A DNA stretch of 64,000 bases, taken from the human T2T-CHM13v2.0 reference genome, Homo sapiens. Where the stretch lies: NCBI RefSeq assembly GCF_009914755.1, contig NC_060935.1; one strand, written 5' to 3'. Position numbers and translations under genes: made by a program. The notes below the pieces were generated by a model. The model made no database searches. It was not told the DNA's origin and saw only the letters and a program-made list of their open reading frames with translations. Positions 14,000-26,750 of the stretch are shown here, piece by piece (positions within the stretch are counted from its first letter, which is position 1; each line of letters begins with the position of its first letter).

Positions 14000-14403
14000 A
14001 ATGAAGGGTAGGCACAGGAGAACAGGGAAAAAGGAGACAGTCCTGGACAGCCGGACGGAGATGATAAAAGGAGCGATCGTCACCACTGCCTTTTTCATTC
14101 CTGGAACGGGATCAAATGGCTTAGAGGTGTCCCCCTAAGACCAGATGATCAGCGAGTGCCTGGCACACGCTGGAGCCTTTTTGGACCAACGTTGGATTTT
14201 CGGACCAGAGAAACCAAAAGAGGCCGAGCACGTTTTTCCCTGTTAACCAGGTTCCCGGGGAAGCTTACCAGTAGGTGAGATCAGTGACTGATCTGCATGC
14301 ACAGAGAGGCGACTGGAGGCTAAGGAGCTTCCTTTGTCCAGCTGCTGTGGCCTGCTTTCCAGCATAGAGGGGTAGGTCCACGGGGGACACAGACCCGAGC
14401 CTC

Positions 14404-14421
14404 TCCCAGGTTTCGGCACCA
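14404..14421 (-). promoter_or_regulatory. Primer-binding site for tRNA-Phe
   Basis: Minus strand TGGTGCCGAAACCTGGGA, 2 nt inside the 5' LTR boundary; 17/18 match to the complement of the tRNA-Phe 3' end. Confidence 0.88.
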
Positions 14422-14423
14422 GA

Positions 14424-14831
14424 TGAAAAGTTCTTGTATTGGTTCAAACCCTGAGAGCGCTCCAACAGACAACACGAGGCGGTATGGCGCAACATGCTGT
14501 TTTAATGAGCGCCTGGGTGCAGGCAGGCTGAGGCCTAAAATGGCATCAGCACCAAATGAGGACAGGGCAGGGGTTTTACAGTCTCCTGTAAACAAGAAGT
14601 GTCTCAGTCTGAGGTAGCTGCTACGTGGTACCCAGATGGCCTCCCTTTTGGTCTTCAGGGGGTACGTGTCTTCCAGTCGGGGTGGGTATCTTCCGGCTGG
14701 CTCTCTTCCTGCTTCTGCTGTCTTGCTGACGCACGCTGCTAGCACAACTGGCCTTGCACCTTGGGACTGGGCCTGAGAAGAGAGGAGTTACTCATCTCTT
14801 CAACCTTTCAGACCCCAGGGAGAATGTTTCA
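14424..14831 (-). mobile_element. 5' LTR of provirus
   Basis: Adjacent to the PBS; TG...CA termini; repeat of 10859-11266. Confidence 0.93.
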
Positions 14832-15689
14832 GTTTAGAAGTGGTTTTTCACTTGGCCATAAGATCTTTTTTTTTTTTTTCCTGAAATGCAAATCTGTTCA
14901 TGATGCTGTCGTGTTTGAAATCCTCTGGTGGATATCCTAATGCAAAATATAAGAAGGAAGCACTAATATAAACACAACTGATAACACTTGTTCCATTCTA
15001 CAGCCTGTTCATCCCCATTCAAGATGTGACATTCAGTCCCCATTTGGTGTGGGCACAACTAGGCTGAAACTTTTGGCAGCTTTGTTTATTCCTGAGTCAC
15101 TATTTTCCCTGCGTCCTTCTTCTTCAGAGGAGCTCCACCTCCCTTGGACTTTATGTTTCTTAGTATCATTTTTTGGTTCCAATGCTTGATGGCACCTATG
15201 TGTCTCTGTCTTCATGGAATCTATGTAGTTCTAGGAAAGGTGGGCTTTATCCTTTATACACCCTTAAAGCCAAGTCTTGTTTGACTGTGGATCTTCACAA
15301 GCTTCATTCTTATCTCTCACTCATCTGGTAAATAAGCCTCTAAAAGAGGCTGTCCTAGAATAATCTGTTTAGCTTTAGGCCCAGATCTCCTTAGTGCCTC
15401 AAGTTCCAGGGGACTGCTGACTCTGAGCTTTGTCTTCAGCAAATGTATGATTTCTGTTTGCCTTAAGGTCCTTAGCTTGGTTCTCCCTGGTTATTCTTAC
15501 TTTCACTTCCTCTCTCTGTCATGTTCATATGTACACATTTATGCACACTGAAAGCTGAGCATTCATTGTGCTTGATGCTTTTAATCACCCTGTTCCATGT
15601 TGCATAGTAATCATGATCCCTAACATACCTGTAGATGGGAGGCCTAGACACAGAAGGAATAGGACTGTCTCTCTGATAGGATAAAATAC

Positions 15690-16700
15690 ACCATCCTTGT
15701 ATGGCATTCAAATCTCTACAGTGGTGGGCCCTACTTTAGCTCTCCAGCTGCCTCTCCACTGTTCCCCAAACTGAGAAGCTGAGTAATTTCTATTCTTTTG
15801 TGCCTATCTGCATTTGCATACACTATTTTATCTTCCTGGAAAGCCCTTTTGTCTCTATTCTGCAAGATTATTAATCCTTCAGGATATAGATCAAATTCTT
15901 AAAGCTCCCTTGCCCCTAAGTCGTTTTTACTCTTCTGTTACATACATATCACATCAAACAAAGATCTGCTATGCTATTTCATCACTTTATGTCTATGTCT
16001 CTGTCCATATTCCTCCAAACTCTGAGCTGCTTTAGGGCTGTATCAGCTCTTGTGCGTGGCCCCACACTTAGCAGATGTCCAGGAGGAGTCTGTGATAGAT
16101 ATGGGCCTTAAGCTGGCTGGCTTTGCAATGTTTACCTCAGTAAAGAGGGAAAGGGGCTGGTTATTTCGTATGGTAGACGAGAGAAGGAAGAGGAGCAGAA
16201 GCTGAAAGACTGGGAGGAAGGACAGGCCCAGTGAAGAGTGGGCCCATATGGCTAGAGTCAGGGGGTTGGGTGGACACTGGGAGAGGTGAAGATGGAGTCC
16301 CAGGCTGGGAAGAGATCATGGAAGGCCTTGAAAGTTGGAGCTATATAATTTAAATTTTATTCTGATGACATTAAAGGTTCCATACTCAAGTATGGAAAAG
16401 ACGTGGTAAAACTGTTCAGGATGATTGTGGCTGGGAAGGGCAGGTTGGAGGGACAGGGAGGAACTTCTTATGAGCACAGGCTGTTAGAATAACCCACTGA
16501 GGTAGCTCAGGACCTAAATCAAGGCAATGGCAGTAGGAATAGAGAGAAGGGAGCAGAGGCGAGTGACCATGCCAAGAAATCCGGCAGGATTTGGTGACTG
16601 ATTGTATTTGAGGGAAAGAGAAAAGCGTCAAACTGGATACTGACATGTGTTAGTTTGCTGGGAGAAGAATGAGGCAACTGTTAGTAGCATGAAAGCATGG
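15690..16700. mobile_element. LINE-2 fragments (both orientations)
   Basis: L2 3'-end-like text (tttgcatacactattttatcttcctggaaagccc; ggatttggtgactgattgtatttgaggg); approximate. Confidence 0.5.
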
Positions 16701-18459
16701 AGGAACTTAGTGGAAGGGGGAAGGGAAATGAAAGTGGTTGATTCTTTTGGAATCAGAAGGGAGCCTCGGGTAGTTTCTTGCTTGCCCTTTATATGTTTAC
16801 CCATAAGAGGATGGTGAAGCCCAGAGAAACCTACCCAAGATCACTTAGCTCTTGATTGTAGAACCCAGGTCTACTGGCATTATGGCCTGGGCTTCTATCT
16901 TCTGTAGCACATGAGTTTAGCCAGAGGAGAGCTGCCAGAAGGTCGAGATGGAGATTCCATTAGGCAATGAAAAATGGGAATGAGACCAGGTTTGGGGTGA
17001 ATTCAGCCTGCAGAACAGCTAAGGCTGGAGTCTTATAGGTCAAGCACCCAGATGGGAAATGTCTGCTAGTTGCCAATGCCATGGGGGCCCGAAGGCTCAT
17101 GAGGCCTCCTTTTTGCCCTGTGGCCTAGCTGTATGTGGGGCTGATGGGAGATATGAAGTACTTTTAGGGTATCAGCGCTCTTATACTTATTATGCTCAAT
17201 GTGGGCACGTGTATTAATTTTCTTCTGGGAATGTAACCACCAATCAATTTATCAATTCCATGGGAAGTTGTATTCCAAGGCCCAAACACCTCCTCTACCC
17301 AGACTTCAGGGCACATCCAGCCAGTTCATGAGAAGTTGCCTCTTATAGTGTTGGAGTGGGGATGGGGGTACAGGGAACAGCTAGCTAGGGAAGGCAACCA
17401 GCCATGAGGACCTCATCCAAGCAGGGTCCGGTGTAGAGTCAGGATCGGGGACTCAGATGGCTGGATGAGGGCTACAGCTGTCCGATGAGGAGTGAGGATC
17501 TTATCTGGAATCTGCACTGCTGTCGGGAGACTCAGTGGCCCTGAGGCTGGAGTTCTTCAATCCTCCTCACCCCTCCCTTCCACACACCTTTGCCCAGCCA
17601 GGCTCCTCAGCCTCCAGCCTCCCAGGATGGAGTCTTGTCTTTGTCATGGACGCTGACACAGTGGTCACTTCTGTTTCTTGAGGAAGAGCCAGGTTTATGA
17701 ATGTGAAACATTTGAATTATTGTCTGAGTTGTGGTAGTTGCCAAATAAAAACATATACACAAAGAATACTGGGAGCCAACGTTGAAGGAAAACTTGTCAA
17801 ACTTCCCTTTCTCTTTTGAGCTTTGTAGTGGGGTCTTGCCAGTTTATACCTCATCTTGTTCTGAAGGTTTTTTGTTTCTGTTTTTCATATTAAGGCCAAA
17901 ATATGTGCACGAGCCTGCTCACCCATGGTAAAGTGTCAGGGACAGCCACAAATTGCACAGATTACAGACGTAGATTTGCACTTCCCATTTCTTAGGAAGT
18001 AGGTGGGTGGAGGAACCACTAATGCATCTCCAGGAAGGGATTTGTTAGCTCAAGGGAGGCTATGGGGACTAGATCCTACATTGCCTCTTCCCAGGCTTAT
18101 GGTCGCTGTGGTGTTCCCAGGTGGCTCTGCTTCAGGTATGTCTCTTTCCTCCTGGGAATAGGGAAGGAGGTGATCCAGATCTCAGGATTTCTCTGCCTGC
18201 TTAGGGATGCCAGTGAGGTGTGTTTAGTGGGGATACTCTTGTCCCTGCCCTCCAGGGTAAAGTTACACTTCCACAGTAACTTGTGTGCATGGTTGAAATG
18301 CAGCCATCACATGCAGCTGGGCCTCTCACTCTGACCTGGAGGGCCACTCCTGTGACTGCACTGATTATCCCAAGAGGCCTTCTTAGCAAACTTCTCCAAG
18401 TTGCTTCTGGCGAAAGGTTCAGAGAACTCTGCCAAAAGGAACTACTTGGTTGACAACTC

Positions 18460-18515
18460 TGTGTGTGTGTCTGTGTGTGTCTGTGCGTGTGTGTGTGTGA
18501 GAGAGAGAGAGAGAG
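18460..18515. repeat. Compound (TG)n(GA)n microsatellite
   Basis: tgtgtgtgtgtctgtgtgtgtctgtgcgtgtgtgtgtgtgagagagagagagagag. Confidence 0.95.
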
Positions 18516-19539
18516 TTGTGTAGGAATCAAGAGGTTTGTAATAGGGACAAGGGGGACAGAGAGGGGGTAGAGCCACAGCTCAAGCTTAGGAAGATCAAAA
18601 ATGGGTTACCTCTTTCTTGCCTGCTTAGGCAAGAAAGCCTCTATCTTCAGGGGCAACAGTTTCCTTCTCCCAACACACAAGTCCATGTTCCCTCCAAATC
18701 AAAGAGGTTTTTACACAAATAACTAGCTCAATGCTGGACTGCTTCATGGAGGCAGTGGAGGTGTAGACTGGCCCCACAGAAAGTTTCTTCCACAGGAAAG
18801 GATAGAGCAGAACTTCCAACTTTGGTGGATTTGACAAATGGCTTGTTTCATGAGGTCAGCGTAGTGTTATTCCCATTTTATGGGAAACAGGTGCCAGAGA
18901 AGTAAAGACACTTTTGAAGGTTCCAGAGTATTAGATTTAATGTAATTTATTGTCCGAACTGAACACTTTTGAAAGTGAAAGTAGGCACATAAATGCTAAA
19001 CTGGGTGGGGACTGGGGAAGATCAGGATCAGGCACATTGGGATGTGTGGTTTCAAATTCAGTGTTCAAAACTCCAAATTCTATGAGCAATGGGGGCAGAA
19101 AAGGGAAGGGGTGGGGTGGGAGAGTGGATTGGCCTGAGGGGGTGGAGATCGATTTGGGATAGGAATAGCAGATTCTTCTAATTCAACATTTCACCAAGGC
19201 AGAGGAATAGTTCTTGACTCTGACACCTGACCTTGACTGGATGTCATGAAAAAGTTTCATTACATAAGCTCTTCCTGCGACCAACCAGCCAAGACATCTG
19301 GTTCTTGGATGCATGTGCTCACCTGGTAACAACAACAGCCTTGTGTGTCTGTCTGGGTTTTCACTGTGCCTGCTCACTGGTGCGGCACAATGCCCCGGGC
19401 AGGGATTATTGTTCTGCTTGTGGAAATGAGGAAGCTGACTCCTCTTGCCTGTCCTGCCCCCTCATTCTATCATGGCAGGCAGGAGGTTTTCTCCAGCATG
19501 AGGACTTGGCCTCCCTAACTCCTGTGGACCCTGGTAGCT

Positions 19540-19745
19540 CTAGAGTGGAGGGTTTGAATCAGACAGTCCTCGATTAAAATAGCTCTACACCAATTCGCTA
19601 TTGCTCCGTACCTCTTTGAGCTTTACATTCCTCATCTGTTTAATGGGAACAATAATAGGCCAATTCATTTGGTGGTTGTGAAAATTAAATGAGATGAAAT
19701 GTTGACTCCAGTGCTTGGCACATCATAGGTAGTCAGTAAATCCTT
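19540..19745 (+). mobile_element. MIR
   Basis: ctttgagctttacattcctcatctgtttaatgggaacaataatag...gtgaaaattaaatgagat...cagtgcttggcacatcataggtagtcagtaaat. Confidence 0.7.
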
Positions 19746-20946
19746 TTATTCCCGTCTCAGGAAGCTTGAGAGAAATCATTTATCAAGAGATATTTAGATC
19801 ATCCAGAGGGCTTATCCTGAAATTTCAGGTGGGAAGTTGCATGCTCTGGGCTTCCAGGTATGACACAGAAAGGGCAACCATGGTGGCGGTGAGCAGAAAT
19901 TCCAGGAGGCAGAAGTCCATGACAAGGTAGAGAACAGCCCGGAATCAGGTGGCTGGTCACCCACGTACAGGACAAAAGCAGCAAACAGCGCAGAGTCCAA
20001 ACCAGCTGGATGAGATGTGGCAGGGTTAAGTGCAAAGTCCTGCCCTTAGGCCCTGAAAATCAATTGTGTGAGTGTCCTACCCATCTATGTGGAAAAGCCC
20101 AATACATTGGCTTAGCCTGGCTACATTAATTGAAGTCCTGGGTTTAGACCTTGGTAGAGGATCTTTTCCCTGCATTGGCTGAGACTGGCCACACCTGGAG
20201 TGTGCAAAGCCGGTATCCCTGTCTTACAAGCTTTGGAGGGGCCCAAGGACAGTCAGGAAGATATAGGGGAATGACTGCTATTTTCAGGTGGGCAAGGTGG
20301 GCAGCATGTTCTTTGTTGCTCAGAGGGCAGAGATGAAGGCCTATGGTAGTGATGTCAAAGAAAACTAAAGACGGAGCAGATTCTACTTTGACATAATGTA
20401 AGAAATTTTAAAGAACTCAGGCTTGTCTCTAGGGCCAAACCGCTGTTTTAGAGCAGATATTGGAGTCTACCTGCAAAGGGTATTGTTCAAGCAGTATTGA
20501 CTAGAGAGGAGTTTATGAAATAACAGGGAGGAAGGTATACTGAAAGGTTATAGATCTAACTAAAGTGCTGTAAGATTTTGGCAAAGGGAAGGCTTTGTGG
20601 ATCAACCAACTGGGGTGGGATCCTGGGGAGCTGGGAAGAAAAGGCTCTCTGGGGATCCCTGGTCAGTCAAGTGAGTAAAAGGCATAGAAGCCCAAGTGAG
20701 TGAAGTGGGATCGAGAAATAATAAGGAAACCAGCTTAGCTAGACTCTTCCCATTATTAAAAGTCAAAGAAAGAAGTTGGGACTCTAAGGGAAAAGGAACT
20801 TGAATGCCAAACTAAGAAGCTGGACTTTACCCTGTCGGTAGTGGGGAATAATTGGTGGCTTCTGAGCAGAAATGACTTGCAGCAGATGTAGGCTGGAGTG
20901 AGGGTGGGAGGCTGGGGAAAGAGCAGCCTTAAAGCTGTGCAGAAGC

Positions 20947-21091
20947 GGCCGGGTGCGGTGGCTCACGCCTGTAATCCCAGCACTTTGGGAGGCCGAGGGT
21001 GGGCAGATCACGAGGTCAGGAGATTGAGACCATCCTGGCTAACACGGTGAAACCCCATCTCTACTAAAATACAAAAAATTAGCCCGGCGTG
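20947..21091 (+). mobile_element. 3'-truncated young Alu (AluY/Sc-like), no poly-A
   Basis: Complete left monomer (gagaccatcctggctaacacggtgaaacccc) and linker, ending abruptly at agcccggcgtg. Confidence 0.9.
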
Positions 21092-21393
21092 ACTATGCGG
21101 AAGCTTCTCTATCCCAAGTCGCAGGCTGAACATCCCACTTAGTGACAAGGGCTGGGAGAGGGGAAAGGCTCTGAGCAAATGTCTTTGTGGGCTGAAAATG
21201 AGACTATGATCCCAAGAAGTGACTGGACTGTGTATATTCTTTGCTGATGCCTACCTTGGCCCAACCATCTGAAAGCTGTTTTAGACTCACTTGCCACCCC
21301 TTGAAGATTTTGAGAACACACCATCCTGAGACCTGGAGAACCAGGGTATGTGGTGTGAGACAGCTGGGTTCACAGCATCCTAGAGGGCATAGC

Positions 21394-21466
21394 AGGTATA
21401 GAAGGGAGTGATCCAGGAGGACACTGGTCACAAGAATGTCCTCCTGGATCACTCCCTTCTATACCT
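21394..21466. repeat. Perfect 30-bp inverted repeat with 13-nt spacer
   Basis: aggtatagaagggagtgatccaggaggaca (21394-21423) and its exact reverse complement tgtcctcctggatcactcccttctatacct (21437-21466). Confidence 0.97.
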
Positions 21467-24400
21467 ACCATACCCTAGGAAGTCTGACTGTCTGCACCTT
21501 GGGCCATAGAGTGAGCAAGGTTCCATCCCTGGGAGGGGAGGCAAGGAAAGGATGTGGGTACCAGGGCCTCATTCAAGTAGGCTGAGGTTTTGGGTGGGGT
21601 GTGGTGTATGGGAGGAGAGAGTTGCTGTGGTTAGGCAACGTGGATGTCTGAGCAGTGTGATATCTTGGTCTGGGTGGCAGGGAAGGAGTCTGGCAAGAAT
21701 GGTAGGAAGAGTGGCCATGGAACCCCAAGGTCAGAACTGGCCCATTGGATCTGAGGAAACCTACCCTTTAGCAGCAGAGGTAGAGCATACTTCTCAGGTA
21801 CTGTGGAATCAGTAGGATTGTGACAGTATTTATTATTTCAGCCTCTAAATAATTTTTGAACCATTGTCTATGCTGAGAATGGTGATGATGGGACCACAAG
21901 ATGAACAGACATGTCCCCTGACTGAATGGAACTTAAGAAATGTACCCCCTTACTGAAACAGATAGTAGTAACTGCTGAGAAAATACAGTTAATATTCAGA
22001 GAAAGATATTGGGGGGGCCTGGCTTGCTGAGGAGGTGGCATTTGAGGTGTGTCCTGAAGGAAAGACAGGGACCAGAGTTGCCCCTTTCTATGGGGCTGAA
22101 GGGAATTGCTGGCAGAGGGAACAGCAGTGCACAAAGGAAGGCATGAGTAATGCCAATTAAGGGGCACCTGTGGAAAACAACTGGCGGCATGATTTGGCTG
22201 GAACTGAGGAGTAAACGAGGTTAAATAGGGCACCAGGGATTGGAAATTACCGTCTATGAAGTACCCATCATGCATCAGGCATTGAGCACAGAGTCTGTGC
22301 TCACTTAAATTTCAAAGCAGCCTTTCAGGGCTTTAACTGAGGAGGAAATGGGCTTCAAGAAGATACCTGATCATCTCAAGTTTCCCTAGGTGGTGAGTGG
22401 CCAAAATAAAATTGATGTCCAGGCTGCCTGACCCCAAACTCTGTTCTTTCCACTTAATCTTGCCACTATGTTTAGAGTCCAGATTATGCAGTCTTAAATT
22501 TACAGTGAAGACCTGTTCTTACCGTATTTAGGCAGGAAGATGGTCAGATGGCACATGGCAAACCACATTAACCTTTGAGAGGCACTTAGTGGACATGGCC
22601 AGATAGTCACAAAGCATATCTGAGTTCTAATACATATATATGCATGCATACACATATATATTTAGGAAGTTAATCTCTAACTTCCTAAATGCAGTTTTCA
22701 CATTACAATAGAAACTGTTACTCCCAGACCACTATAGGCAATTTCTGAATTGCTGGCTGAATTCCAGTATTTTCTCATCCCTTCAATAAAGTATATTAGA
22801 ATGGGGCAAGATAAGCCTGAATCTTCTCTAATTTATACAAAAAGCTTCTATCATTAGTAACAAGTTACCTACAACCAACCTTACCTGTTTAGGATACCAA
22901 GGTGTCAGCCCTAAGAGATGTTTAGCAAGAGTGGTACTCCAAGAGGTTTGGAAGCGTGGGATGAGGGTAAGAGTCAGAGAAATGTGGGCAGTAACCCAGG
23001 TGGGGCTGTAGGGGTTGAGAGGAGGGACCGATACAGTTCAGTAAGCATTTGCTGAGAGCCTGCCCATGCAGGGGTGTAGAGTGGGTGCTGGGATACCTGC
23101 ATGAAAGGACAACATTGTTTTCACAGATCACATGTTCAAGCTCTGAGCAGGTGGGTGTTGGTGAGGACTGCCTGCTCAAGTTGGGGTTCTTATGCGTATA
23201 TCTAGTACAGTCAGCCAGTCTTTGTTGCTGAGCAGGTCTGCCCAGGGCCCAGTTCTCCATCCAGTTTGGCCTTCCTCCTGGAGCTCAGAACTCAGATCTA
23301 GCCCTGGTGGCCACGCCTTGCTTCTGTCCTCAGGGTGGACCCAGGGTCCTTCAGACTTCCTAATGGGAGGCTTTTCCTCAGCCTGGAGAGAAAAGTTGAG
23401 ACCACCTGCGAGGCAGTAGTAACCACTGAGAAGACAGAGGAAATATTCAGAGGAAGAAGTTGGGGGAGCATCTGGGCTGCAGTGACGCAGGATTTCATGT
23501 TAACAGGAGACAATGTGGGAGGAAGCTCTACCTCCTTGTCCTACCACTTAATAAGGTACACTGTGAGAACCCGTTAAAGGCTCTTCCAGGGTCACAAATC
23601 CAGTCCTCAAATGTTATGATTTATATTTAAAAGAGAATTTTAGATAAGCCAAGTGACAGCTGAATGGGAAATGGAGTTAATGAGACAGATCTTATCGGCT
23701 CCATGAAAAATGCATCTCATTACATCACTGTTACACATCGTATATGGAAACCTTCCCTCAGTAATTCCTGGAGTGATTGCCTGTCTGGCTATCGGTGTCC
23801 CCAAAGAGTGTGGTGTCCACTGAGAATAACCGGGAGGCCTTTCTCAGATACCAGTAAGGCTCAGCCATCTTCTCTCAAGGCCATCTCTAGAGTTATTATG
23901 GGCTCTCTTGATGCCAGTGCATGGAGCCAGGGACTGCTGCACCGAGGACAAAGCCAGCCAGCCATGAACGTGGTCAAGACTTGGCCCTTCCCCTCCCTAA
24001 CCCTACAGAGCCCAGTTCAGCTTTAGCCTCCATGTTTGAGGCCTCCCAAAATCCATTTCCCCAGCGGTGTCTTCTCTGTCAGGTACCTGCCCCTGGGATG
24101 GCCCCTGAGCCTCATAACTCGGCCTGTTCACTGTTCCTAAGCAGGTCACCTTGTGACCCTCGTGGAATGGCTGAGGAAGGAACCGAGGGGCTGTAAGAGT
24201 GGCCGTGTGATCCCTAGGAAACCTTCAGCTCTGGAAGGCCCTGTGGCCCTAACCTTGCCCTGTTTTGTCAGGTACTGCTAGAGAGACGCAGAAAACCTGG
24301 AGCATGTGTGCTGTTTGAGCTGCTGTATCCCAGGGTCTGCCACTTTGGGGGCTACCTGCAAGAGATTTGGCAACTTCTCAAAGGAACTCAACATCATGGT

Positions 24401-24717
24401 TGTTGTTTTTTTAACCCTGATCCCAACATTTAGGCCCTGATGAAGGGTCTTGGCCAAATCCATCTTCTGGAATAGTACAGTTGGGAACATGTTCTCTGAT
24501 GTGGAGAGGCAGAGTGTTACATACTTACTGGGCCAGGCACTGAGGTGGGTAGTTTATTCTGTCCTCTTTCTTAACCCTCTGACTAACCCTGTGTAAGGCA
24601 GATATTATATCCATTACATAGTAACCTGAGAGGTTAATGTCCATATTACCCAAGGCAAAAAACGAATCCAGCTCATAAGTAGTGGAGCAAGGATTTAAGC
24701 CCAAATCTGTCTGACTT

Positions 24718-25085
24718 TGCTATGGTCTGAATGTTTATGTCTCCTAAAAATTCATATGTTGCAATATAATCCCCAAAGTGATGGTATTAGGAGGTGGGGC
24801 CTTGGGAGGTGATTAGGTCATGAGAGTGGAGCCCTCATGCTTGAGATTGGTTCCTTTATAAAGAGGCCCCAGAGAACTAGCTGGTTTCTTCCACCATGTG
24901 AGGACATAGCTGGAAGGCACCATCTGTGAACCAAGAAGCAATCCTGCTCCAGACACTGACTCTGCTGGTGCCTTGATCCTGGGCTTCCCAGCCTCCATAG
25001 CTGTGAGAAATACATTTCCATTGTTTGTGAGCTACCTTCCCAATTTATGGTAATTTTGTTAAAACAGCCTGGACAGACTAAGACA
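24718..25085 (+). mobile_element. MLT1A-type MaLR solo LTR
   Basis: tgctatggtctgaatgttt...ggaggtggggccttgggaggtgattaggtcatgag...gactaagaca. Confidence 0.85.
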
Positions 25086-26032
25086 AAGCTTGGGCTCTTT
25101 CTGCTGCATGCTGCTCCTCTCTTTCTTCAGGGGAAGAAGCACCTCACTTGGGAAGAAAGGAGCCTCAGAAGGCTTGAGGCTGGGGGTATGGGGACCCAGC
25201 GTCTATACTACCCCTTCTGTGGCCATTTGGAGTCACATAGACCTCTGTAATTTTCACTTTTTCCTTTGATTCTGAGGAACTGTTTGGGTATCTTCTATAG
25301 GGGAATAAAGACTCTGCTTTATGGAAAGGAAGAGCTGAGAAAGATGGGAGAGAGGTCCCAGGAGATCATTAGACCTTCCCACTCCCCTGGAGTCCAGCTA
25401 ACAAACTTCCAGGAGCAAAACCACTTGGGCCTGCAGGGAAGGGGCTACCTAGTACAGTGTCATTCTCCAGCAGGCCTGTCTTTGGCCTGCAGGAACACTT
25501 GTGCAAGTGGGGGATTCCTAGATCACTTTTCTTGGGAAAGTCCCTAAACCACTTTCTGGCCTCTGAACTCTTAGGGGAGGGAAGTGATCCAAGTGGCAAA
25601 TATCTTGTGACTGGCAAGCCAAGGTTAGGGACCAACCCTTCCCCTGCCTCCCCACATGCTGGAGCTTTTGAACTGAGTTGAAGATAGCTGGGCCCAGGGT
25701 TCTTGGCCCTTGAATGCAGCTTGACATCTGGTCAGGCTGCAGGATCTTAGGGTTTCCTCTTTGTAGCATCCTAAAATCTGGCCTCACTAAATGGTCTCGG
25801 TCCAGAGGTGGGATTCGACTTAGAGCTGACTTACAAAGAATACAGATAAAGGAATATTGGGAACTGTGCTTACCTTGATGTGGTTTAAGGTCTGAGGATG
25901 TGAAGAAAGTCTCTCCTGGATTAAGAGGGAAGGGGAACACCAGTGGGTCAGGATAGAGGCCGACAGCCCTGGAGAGGAGGCTGCCTTCTTCCCATAACTT
26001 TCCCAGCTGCGTGTGTAGGATCAAATGGGGGT

Positions 26033-26750
<718 letters not shown>

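Larger units (their letters stand above)
10859..14831 (-). mobile_element. Endogenous retrovirus, HERV-Fb/HERVH48 type (MER48-like LTRs), internally deleted, antisense to PPFIBP2
   Basis: Two 408-bp TG...CA LTRs; perfect 5-bp TSD GTTTA (10854-58, 14832-36); tRNA-Phe PBS; gag, pro, RNaseH and env remnants. Confidence 0.92.

Noticed and set aside
12225-14098. Gag ORFs as a functional or domesticated protein
   Set aside because: Multiple frameshifts and stops, and both zinc knuckles have Cys-to-Tyr substitutions.
14404-14421. tRNA-like sequence
   Set aside because: Only the 18-nt retroviral primer-binding site, not a tRNA gene.
19103-19120. Canonical G-quadruplex motif gggaaggggtggggtggg
   Set aside because: Such motifs are very common in human introns and nothing in the context singles this one out.
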